From Desulfatiglandales bacterium (lineage in GTDB: Bacteria; Desulfobacterota; DSM-4660; Desulfatiglandales; Desulfatiglandaceae): a stretch of 64,000 nucleotides of DNA. The translations under genes were made by a program, and so were the position numbers. How positions within the stretch are numbered: the stretch's first letter is position 1; each line of letters opens with the position of its first letter. Below, in pieces: positions 19,440 to 26,775 of this stretch. A model generated the notes under the pieces. That model had not been told where the DNA came from and made no database searches. It saw only the letters and a list, made by a program, of their open reading frames with translations. The DNA is taken from the NCBI GenBank assembly GCA_963662465.1, contig OY759599.1, positions 4,096,001-4,160,000 of the forward strand. Direction: 5' to 3'.

Positions 19440-19623
19440 AGATAATAACATAAGACGGCGGGCAACGCCATGATCAAGGTGTTGACCCCAGGGCAAATTT
19501 GTTCTATTTGTAAACCTTTGATATCAAAACCTTATGAAGGACACATCAATTCAAACAAATCAATGGATTAGCGTTAGAACAAATTCACCGTGGTGTTGAC
19601 CCCGAGGGCTGTGATGCCGCCGA
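19440..19623 (-). pseudogene. Internal remnant of a second cbiM copy, interrupted by a MITE
   Basis: With 19489-19602 removed, the sequence aligns to cbiM 2503-2572 (GATAATAACATAA.ACGGCGGGCA..GCCATGATCA.GGTGTTGACCCCGAGGG..GTGATGCCGCCGA). Confidence 0.8.
19489..19592. mobile_element. 104-bp non-autonomous MITE with ISAs1-type ends
   Basis: Ends CAGGGCAAATTTGTTCTA / TAGAACAAATTCACCGTG; 10-bp TSD GTGTTGACCC at 19479-19488 and 19593-19602. Confidence 0.85.
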
Positions 19624-19701
19624 TTGATAATTTTGTCGTTGACAAGGAATTATTTTTGTGACCATCTGAAAACCCTTTTGGAATCCGAAAACGGTGACGT
19701 T

Positions 19702-20586
19702 ATGCACGATATCAACTACTTTCACGAGCACGAACTCAAAGAACACGATTTCCTGGGCTGCTGTAAAGACTGCCAAAACAGCCTGAACATCATTAAACCT
19801 CATATTCTGGCATTTGCAGATAAAATTCGGAAATACACGCCGCAGATGCTACAAGACCTGCCACCGGACGAGCTGTATCGACTCTATCAGCTTTTAGACG
19901 ATCTGGCTCACATGAACGCGGGCGCACATCTGGCCGGTCTTATCCTTGAAGAGGAAGCGATCAAGTCCGTACTGCCGGTCATTCGCGCCTATTACACCAT
20001 GTTTTTTTCCATTCATGAAACTCAGTTGGCTGAAGCATTGCTTCATGCGGACGATGCTTGGAAGACCCTTTCCGGGTTTCCCCTTTATCCGCGTTATGAA
20101 GCATTGATCAAAGGGCAGATGGAATCCATGCCCGATTTGATCACCACAAGAATCGCTTTCATCGGGTGTGGTCCTGTGCCCATGAGCCTGATTCTCATGG
20201 CAAAGCTGTATGGGACATTGTCTCTCGGGTTGGATGCCTCCAAAGACTGTGTTCGGATGGCAAAGGCAGTCATCCGGACACTGGGATTGGGGAATCAGGT
20301 CGAAATCATGGTGGGAGATGATACGTCCCTTGAAGATCACACCTGGGATGCGGTGCTGATAGCGGCCCTGGCGGAACCCAAAGCTCGGATATTTGAAAAC
20401 CTGCGGCGCATCCTGTCGGGACAAAACCGCAGGGTCCCCGTTATTTACCGAACCTATACGGGAATGCGAGCCGTACTGTATGAACCGGTCGGTTCCTCGG
20501 ATACACAAGGGTTCCGGATCGTTAAAGAGGTCTTTCCCACGGGCCGGGTCAACAACACCACGATTTTTGCCGAACTGGAGGATTGA
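19702..20586 (+). CDS. Nicotianamine synthase (NAS) family protein 1
   Basis: FPLYPRY, FIGCGPVPMS, AALAEPK.RIF, IYRTYTGMRA.LY.PV, P.GRVNNT motifs characteristic of NAS (archaeal MtNAS-like). Confidence 0.85.
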   Translation: MHDINYFHEHELKEHDFLGCCKDCQNSLNIIKPHILAFADKIRKYTPQMLQDLPPDELYRLYQLLDDLAHMNAGAHLAGLILEEEAIKSVLPVIRAYYTMFFSIHETQLAEALLHADDAWKTLSGFPLYPRYEALIKGQMESMPDLITTRIAFIGCGPVPMSLILMAKLYGTLSLGLDASKDCVRMAKAVIRTLGLGNQVEIMVGDDTSLEDHTWDAVLIAALAEPKARIFENLRRILSGQNRRVPVIYRTYTGMRAVLYEPVGSSDTQGFRIVKEVFPTGRVNNTTIFAELED

Positions 20587-21398
20587 TGGAGGTTACGTAT
20601 GAATCCATCCGGTGCGAATTGATCCGGATCGACGGGTTGTTGCGCACTCTAACAACGGATGACATCGCGCAGGCGCCCGAGCGTGTGTATCGCTCGCACC
20701 TGGCGGGTCTGAATCGTCTGGCGGCAACTCCCGTGCCGGATGAAATCGTAAAAAAACTGGCATCGGACGAAAACCTCATCCCCATGGTCGGACGCATCGC
20801 TCGGGTGAGACGGTTGATCGGATTAAAGCTGGAAATGCAATTGGCGGAATCCATCATTCTTCATCGGGACCCGTGGTCGCTGATCAAAAAATTCACCTAT
20901 TACGCCAACTATGTATCTCTGGCTCGCATGGAATTCGAGGGGGCAGGTCTGAAACCGGGGGCACGCGTCGTCTTTTTGGGCAGCGGGCCTCTTCCCCTCA
21001 GTCTGATCTGTCTTTCAGAGGCATATGGCATAAAAGGGGTGGGGATCGAACAGGACCAGAAAATTGCGGGGCTTTCAAAAAAGATGATTCAAACACTGGA
21101 TCTGGATCCTTTTATCACCATCCTCCATGGCGATCACTTCTCCCTGCCGATTGAGGAAACATGCGCATTGGTCATGGTGGGCGCCGATGCCGTACCGAAA
21201 AAATCTATTTTTGAACACCTTGCTTCCATATTTCCACCGGGGCAGATGATCTCCTACCGAATTTACGAAAAGGGTTTGCGGCGCCTTCTGGATGACCAGT
21301 CCATATTTGAATTGCCAAAGGAATTTAAAGAATGCGCCAGGGTTCACCCGGAACCGCCGGTGAACAATACCTGCGTGTTTGCCGTAAGGGTTGATTGA
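20586..21398 (+). CDS. Nicotianamine synthase (NAS) family protein 2
   Basis: LE.QLA, FTYYANYVSLARME, FLGSGPLPLS, KGLRRLL, HPEPPVNNT; start overlaps the NAS1 stop (TGATG). Confidence 0.85.
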   Translation: MEVTYESIRCELIRIDGLLRTLTTDDIAQAPERVYRSHLAGLNRLAATPVPDEIVKKLASDENLIPMVGRIARVRRLIGLKLEMQLAESIILHRDPWSLIKKFTYYANYVSLARMEFEGAGLKPGARVVFLGSGPLPLSLICLSEAYGIKGVGIEQDQKIAGLSKKMIQTLDLDPFITILHGDHFSLPIEETCALVMVGADAVPKKSIFEHLASIFPPGQMISYRIYEKGLRRLLDDQSIFELPKEFKECARVHPEPPVNNTCVFAVRVD

Positions 21399-21950
21399 GC
21401 CCTTTTAAAATTTGTCGACAACCCAACCCAATAAAAAAGGATGGGATCGGAAACAACCATCCCGTTATCTGGTGTTGGTACGCCCTGTTTGTAGAACCGC
21501 CATGCTATAAACTTTAACGGAATCGAAGCTACGCGTTTCCAGCCTTGCACCCATGGGCGGTGAAAACGGTTTGGCATATATTCTACGATGGAATATTGTA
21601 GCCTGCAATATTACCCTCAGGTCTGTGCCCGATAGCTCTGATCTAAGACAAAGGTTGATCATTCACGTGGTTTTCGGTCTGTCTGGTGGCATTGGGACAC
21701 CTGGCCAGCTTTCTGCTGGGTTACCGCTTAACCCATTTAGCGATAGGGGGGAAGCGAAAAATCTGATTACGGGCAATTTTTGGTCCAGAAAATATTGCTT
21801 AACTAATTAGTAAATTCACCCGCTAAAACAACTGAAATTTACGATAGGGCCGTAGGTGTTGAAAAGCGCAGGATGGTTTTAAATGCTTGGCGATAAATCA
21901 TATTTTTTTAAAAAATATATGCTATACACACTTGCTATATACAACTTTGC

Positions 21951-21973
21951 GCTATATACTTTATGGATATAGC
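21951..21973 (+). promoter_or_regulatory. Palindromic operator upstream of vapB (autoregulation candidate)
   Basis: GCTATAT-N9-ATATAGC, with further GCTATAYAC half-sites at 21921 and 21934. Confidence 0.5.
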
Positions 21974-21998
21974 GGATTAAATATAAGGAGATTGAGTT

Positions 21999-22232
21999 AT
22001 GGATGTAGGAACCGTCTTTGTAAACAATAGAACCCAAGCGGTGAGATTACCTGTTGACAGCAGGTTTCCTGAAAATGTGAAAAAAGTGGTTGTACGTATC
22101 ATCGGTAAGGATCGGGTGCTTTCACCAGTGGATAATACATGGGACAGCTTTTTTCTTTCGGATGATGGCGTTACCGATGATTTCATGCAGGAACGTGCTT
22201 CACAAGAACAACCTGAAAGGGAATCCTTTTAA
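21999..22232 (+). CDS. vapB: VapB/VagC antitoxin (AbrB/SpoVT fold)
   Basis: TVFVNNRTQAVRLP, WDSFF, ER..Q..PERE; TAAGGAG RBS. Confidence 0.9.
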   Translation: MDVGTVFVNNRTQAVRLPVDSRFPENVKKVVVRIIGKDRVLSPVDNTWDSFFLSDDGVTDDFMQERASQEQPERESF

Positions 22233-22639
22233 TGCTGAAATACATGCTGGATACCAACATCGTTATTTATGTGATTAAACGCCGCCCAATCGAAATATTG
22301 GACATTTTCAATGCCCATGCAGGGCAGATGTGTATAAGCTCAATCACATTGGCCGAACTCTTACATGGTGTCGAAAAAAGCTCTATGATTTCCCATAACC
22401 TACGCAAAGTCGAAGACTTTGTCTCCCGTTTGGAGGTCTTGCCCTATGACAATAATGCCGCTGCCCACTATGGGAATATCAGAGCTGATTTAGAAAAGAA
22501 AGGCACGCCTATAGGGGTCAATGATTTGCACATTGCCGGTCATGCCCGAAGTGAATCTTTGATCCTGGTCACAAATAACATGCGGGAGTTTGTGAGAGTC
22601 GAAGGCTTGCGATTAGAAAACTGGATTGAATCAAAATGA
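22232..22639 (+). CDS. vapC: VapC PIN-domain toxin (tRNA-fMet endonuclease type)
   Basis: YMLDTNI, ISSITLAEL, GTPIG.NDLHIAGHA, LVTNN.REF.RV.GL.LENW. Confidence 0.92.
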   Translation: MLKYMLDTNIVIYVIKRRPIEILDIFNAHAGQMCISSITLAELLHGVEKSSMISHNLRKVEDFVSRLEVLPYDNNAAAHYGNIRADLEKKGTPIGVNDLHIAGHARSESLILVTNNMREFVRVEGLRLENWIESK

Positions 22640-22891
22640 TGAAATACAATTATTAACACCGAGCATAGCACAGAAATATGCAACTGTTAAGAAACCCACT
22701 ATTTTACGTGATCTTAAAGAACTTCAAGAGCTAAAAACTGGCAGAAAATATACAGCTAATACCAGAAGCCTGAGGGCTTTAATGCCAAGTAGGAAAATAT
22801 AACCAAAAAATCCACCGGACGTAAAAAGCCGCGCCGCTGATTTCCGCGTTATGGCTTTTAAATATTTTCTGAACGGGACGCCGAAAAGATT

Positions 22892-23310
22892 ATGAAAACC
22901 GTATTTGTCGATACCTCTGCGCTGATTGCCATCGGAAACAGGCGTGATTTCTTCCATCCGCAGGCTATCAGTGTCAGAAATTACCTGAAAGAGACAAAAA
23001 GCTGTTTTGTGATAACGAATGCGGTTCTGCTTGAATTCGGAAACGCTTTCAGCTCGCTGTCCCTAAAGCCCGCTGCCGTAAAACTGATTGAGGCTGTCAG
23101 ACAGTCGGCAAAATGGAGCGGCTACAATGAGATCCAGGATCCCCGAACGAAGAATATTTTGATTGATTATGAGAAACTCCGGGAATTGTTTGGGGTTGGA
23201 TCATACGATGAGCCGAGAAGCAGCCACAGAGGATGGGTCGAGGAATCCCTTGGGAGTGACACCGAAGTCCGTCGAGATGAATGAACGGGCAGTATCGCCA
23301 TTGGTAGCCG
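22892..23310 (+). pseudogene. Chimeric remnant: PIN-domain N-terminus fused to a Y1/RAYT-transposase-like C-terminal fragment
   Basis: VFVDTSALIA..D.FH..A PIN start, switching near 23110 to WSGYNEIQDPR..ILID...RRDE*. Confidence 0.5.
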
Positions 23311-23366
23311 ATCACTGAATTCCGGGTCCGCGTCTCTTCATCGGAGGGGGCTTTTGCGCCTTTCGG

Positions 23367-23579
23367 CTATCGTACCGCCTCCAGCTCCGCCAGCAGCTTG
23401 TTCAGGTCCAGGTCGTATTTCTCCGCCACATCCCGCAGGGATTCGAATAGGGCCTGGCAGCAGACACACTCGCCGGCCCGAGCATCGTAACTTTTGAAAA
23501 CCGCCTCGGTTTGCCTGTAGCGGGAAATAACGTCCAAAACCGTCATCTCAGAGTGAATGGGGTCGTTTTTATCAGACAT
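23367..23579 (-). CDS. Small DUF1858/ScdA-N-like Cys-containing protein
   Basis: MTVLDVISRY.QTEAVF, CVCC, ESL.DVA.KY.LD...LL.EL; ATG at 23579. Confidence 0.7.
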   Translation of the reverse strand: MSDKNDPIHSEMTVLDVISRYRQTEAVFKSYDARAGECVCCQALFESLRDVAEKYDLDLNKLLAELEAVR

Positions 23580-24459
23580 GACGGCGCCTCGATATGGTTG
23601 TCTTTTGATCCAAAACCTGAACCAGCGCTGACGGGATTTGCTCGATGATATCAATGATCTGTGTAGCGGGTGTGGGCGCCGCATAATATCCCGCCAACCG
23701 GTTGACCCGGGCTGCCATGCCGGCAGCCTCATTGATTTCAATACCCGCCCCGATTAAAGCCGCAACAATACCGGTCAGCGTATCTCCGGTTCCGCCGATG
23801 GCCTCCATGGCTTTCGCTATTGGCTGGTCAATGGTCATTTGGATGCCCTTCAAATCGGCGACATAATCCGGTTGTCCTTTTACCAAAAGCGATTGGGCGG
23901 CGTTTTCGTGTGCATACGCACGCGCAATGAGCGCCGGCGCCTGGTTGTCTTCGTGCAGGATGAACCCACGTGTGTAAAAGGGGTGCGGCGCATCCTCATC
24001 GGCCAGAAATGCCAGTTCCCCCACATCCGGGGTGAAAAGGTCATAATCCATGGCCTGACCGCTCATTTTGGCGGCGTACATGAAGCCGGCATCGGCAATC
24101 AGTATGGGCCGATGCGTCATCTCCTGAGCGGCAAACAGAACACGGTTGTGCCAGTCTACATCCGGTTGAAGGTAGTGAAACACCATGGCTTTGAAACGGC
24201 ATTGGGCAAGGTTTTCGCATAAATGCGCATAAAGACGCCGACTGCCGTCCCCCAACCCGATGTCGCCCACAAGATACGCAACAGGAGGCTGTTGTCCCAT
24301 GATCTCGTTAACCTTGACGGCTGCGGCAATCAGGGCTGGGGTTCCGCGGTTGATGGGGGCTTGCCTTCCCTGGATGGATATCGTGTCGCCTTTCAAAGCG
24401 ACCGCGCCCGTTATCAACGGAAAATTCTGATCGGGAACCGTTCCGACGATCGCTAACAT
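23572..24459 (-). CDS. Ribokinase/NnrD(YjeF-C)-like carbohydrate kinase superfamily protein
   Basis: LIADAG, FTPDVGEL, LLVKG..D, GGTGDTLTG anion-hole motif; ATG overlaps the upstream stop. Confidence 0.75.
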   Translation of the reverse strand: MLAIVGTVPDQNFPLITGAVALKGDTISIQGRQAPINRGTPALIAAAVKVNEIMGQQPPVAYLVGDIGLGDGSRRLYAHLCENLAQCRFKAMVFHYLQPDVDWHNRVLFAAQEMTHRPILIADAGFMYAAKMSGQAMDYDLFTPDVGELAFLADEDAPHPFYTRGFILHEDNQAPALIARAYAHENAAQSLLVKGQPDYVADLKGIQMTIDQPIAKAMEAIGGTGDTLTGIVAALIGAGIEINEAAGMAARVNRLAGYYAAPTPATQIIDIIEQIPSALVQVLDQKTTISRRRHV

Positions 24460-25001
24460 TTTCGTCTCATTTCCTCGTAGGCCAATTGAAGGGCATATCC
24501 ACAGAGTGTATGACCGATTTCCCGGGGGATGGGCGCTTCCGCGAGAGGCCTTCCCACCATCTCCTGCGCCAAATAGGGCACATCCGGGCACCCGCCGCCC
24601 GAAACATTGACGATCATATCCGTTTCCCGGTCCACCGTCAATTTCATATTGGCGGCCCGGACCATCAGATACCGGCCGTAATCCCGAATGTGAAAAAGAT
24701 CCACAGGTTTCAATAGCGGACCGTCTATGGGGATGACTTCCAGGGGTATATTTCCGGCGCTTTCAAGAATGCGCATAATGTTCAATTCTTCGATCAAAGG
24801 GATTTCTATTACCAGGTCGCAGCCGCTCCGTATACCCGGAGGCGGTCCGCATACCCGAATATCCCATTGGGACTTTTTGAGCAGGTTTTCGGCGCGAATC
24901 ACCTCGCTGGTGTTTTCAAAAACCAAAATGCCGCGATCCCGGTTCATTTTTTTTGTCCCGGAATCAGGTTTTTTGCGCCTTAACGATTTCCAAAATGCCA
25001 T
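24453..25001 (-). CDS. DUF3343 domain protein with Cys-rich C-terminal extension
   Basis: LVFENTSEVIRAE..LK, PP.IRSGC.L.I, GGGCPDVP, TLCG. Confidence 0.7.
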   Translation of the reverse strand: MAFWKSLRRKKPDSGTKKMNRDRGILVFENTSEVIRAENLLKKSQWDIRVCGPPPGIRSGCDLVIEIPLIEELNIMRILESAGNIPLEVIPIDGPLLKPVDLFHIRDYGRYLMVRAANMKLTVDRETDMIVNVSGGGCPDVPYLAQEMVGRPLAEAPIPREIGHTLCGYALQLAYEEMRRKC

Positions 25002-25060
25002 AATTTTTTGGGTTTCCTTTTTTCCGTTGCGACGCCGTGGTCAGAGGCCGGTTTCAGTCG

Positions 25061-25282
25061 CTATCCATTTTCCAGTACAATCCGATAGCCACTGTCTTCT
25101 TCCCGAATATCCTTTACCCGCCAACCCTGGCTTCCAGCGGCGCGGCTCACATTTTCCTTGGACGTATCCGTATCCACCAGCACCTCGATTTTATTCTCAC
25201 GACCCTTCTTTATTTCATCCAGCGTCATCAGTACGGGCTGCGGACATGACAAACCACGCGCGTCTACAGTAGTGCCACCCAT
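25061..25282 (-). CDS. TusA/SirA/YedF family sulfur/selenium carrier
   Basis: VDARGLSCPQPV, VLVD...SKENV. Confidence 0.9.
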   Translation of the reverse strand: MGGTTVDARGLSCPQPVLMTLDEIKKGRENKIEVLVDTDTSKENVSRAAGSQGWRVKDIREEDSGYRIVLENG

Positions 25283-25389
25283 ATCATTTCTCCCTCTTTA
25301 CGCCTACCATTTTTATTTTTTCCCTGCCGCTTCATGAAAACAGGGTGTTTGAACGGCAAGAGCCGAATCCTTCAATTCAAAATCCATTA

Positions 25390-26481
25390 TCAAGCACGTT
25401 TCCTCATGGTGAACCCCACAAGTAAACAAAATAAAATACCGATAATAACCGATACAATGCCGTGGGGTCCCACCCCTTTTGGAGAACTGGCAAGACCAAA
25501 ATTATGTGAAAAGGCCGCCCCCACAATCATTCCCCATACAAATACGGCGGCATCGCCGTCGCCTTCCCCGGCGAGAAACAATTGTCTTCCCGGACATCCT
25601 CCCGCAAGGGCAAACGCAAGACCCGCCAGGACCATCCCCCCGAAATTCCATAGCTCCATCGTATGGGCCACGGGTTGGTTGGCAAATCCGGGATGAAACT
25701 GCCCCAGCGCCAAATTGGTCAAAAAGGCAAATACAGCCAGGGCGCAAAGCCCGCCGAACAGATGATTCTGGCGGAAAAGAATAAGGTCTCGAAATGCACC
25801 CATGGTGCAAAAGCGACTTCTCTGGGCCAAAAATCCGACGCCTAATCCGATGATCATCGAGATGATCAGGGGCGCATGCATGGCGCCCGGACCTTTTACG
25901 CTGTAAAACAGAATGCCGTCCTTGGGTTCTCCCTGGATTTGGGGATAGATGAGCATGAGGATGAAAAACCCGATCATGGCCAGGGGCAGCAGCCATCCTG
26001 CCGATGAATAGGTTTTTTCGGTTCGCCCCAGGTTATATCCGCCCTTCAAAAAAAGGACGCCGATCCAGATGCCCACAATCAGACCCGCAATGCCGAAAAG
26101 TGCGTTGCCGTCGCCTCCCGCCAGTCGCAAGAGCGCGCGCCAGGGACAGCCCAGAAAAACCAATGCGCCGATCATGGCAAAGGCCCCCAGAAAAAACCGC
26201 ACAATGGGCGCGGAACCGAGGCGAGGGCGGAACTCCTTGAATGCAAAAGCCGCAATCAGGCTTCCGATGACAAACCCGATAATCTCCGGGCGCATGTATT
26301 GCACTACGGCGGCCCGGTGCATACCGATGGCGCCTGCAATGTCCCGTTCAAAACATGCCACGCAGATCCCCATATTGCCCGGGTTGCCCAGCTTCTGCAA
26401 AATCGCCGCAAGAATACCGATAACGGCGCCGACAATGATAATTCCCCAACGACCGGCAAACACATTTTTCAATTGACCCAT
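25390..26481 (-). CDS. yedE: YedE/YeeE family putative selenium/sulfur transporter
   Basis: GNPGNMGICVACFERDIAG, FLGCPWR, QRSRFCTMG, GGCPGRQL; ~9 TM segments. Confidence 0.85.
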   Translation of the reverse strand: MGQLKNVFAGRWGIIIVGAVIGILAAILQKLGNPGNMGICVACFERDIAGAIGMHRAAVVQYMRPEIIGFVIGSLIAAFAFKEFRPRLGSAPIVRFFLGAFAMIGALVFLGCPWRALLRLAGGDGNALFGIAGLIVGIWIGVLFLKGGYNLGRTEKTYSSAGWLLPLAMIGFFILMLIYPQIQGEPKDGILFYSVKGPGAMHAPLIISMIIGLGVGFLAQRSRFCTMGAFRDLILFRQNHLFGGLCALAVFAFLTNLALGQFHPGFANQPVAHTMELWNFGGMVLAGLAFALAGGCPGRQLFLAGEGDGDAAVFVWGMIVGAAFSHNFGLASSPKGVGPHGIVSVIIGILFCLLVGFTMRKRA

Positions 26482-26775
26482 ATGGAACCCTCCTCAACTG
26501 ACCCTTCAGGATGTTTTTGTTAGAACGCGCTGAAAAGACCACTAAAATCTTGATAAGTCAAACTGGAAATTTCGATCCAAAAGCAGCCGCCTATTGATAT
26601 TTCCGATTCATTTTTTTTGGATATGTGAAATTGTCAAATCATACAATACCGTTGACAAAAACGGGCCCTATGACCTAAAACTCGAAAGGAATCGATTTTG
26701 ATGACTCTTCTGCTGATGCCCCGTAGTCTTCCGGTTCACGGACTCAAGTGAGAGATTGCCTCAGGGAGAAAGGCC

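Noticed and set aside
19702..21398. Staphylopine/pseudopaline (cnt) operon
   Set aside because: No CntM, CntK or CntI recognisable nearby; motifs look closer to stand-alone NAS
23367..26481. Selenocysteine read-through in the yedE operon
   Set aside because: All Cys motifs are in open frames; no in-frame UGA extension is evident
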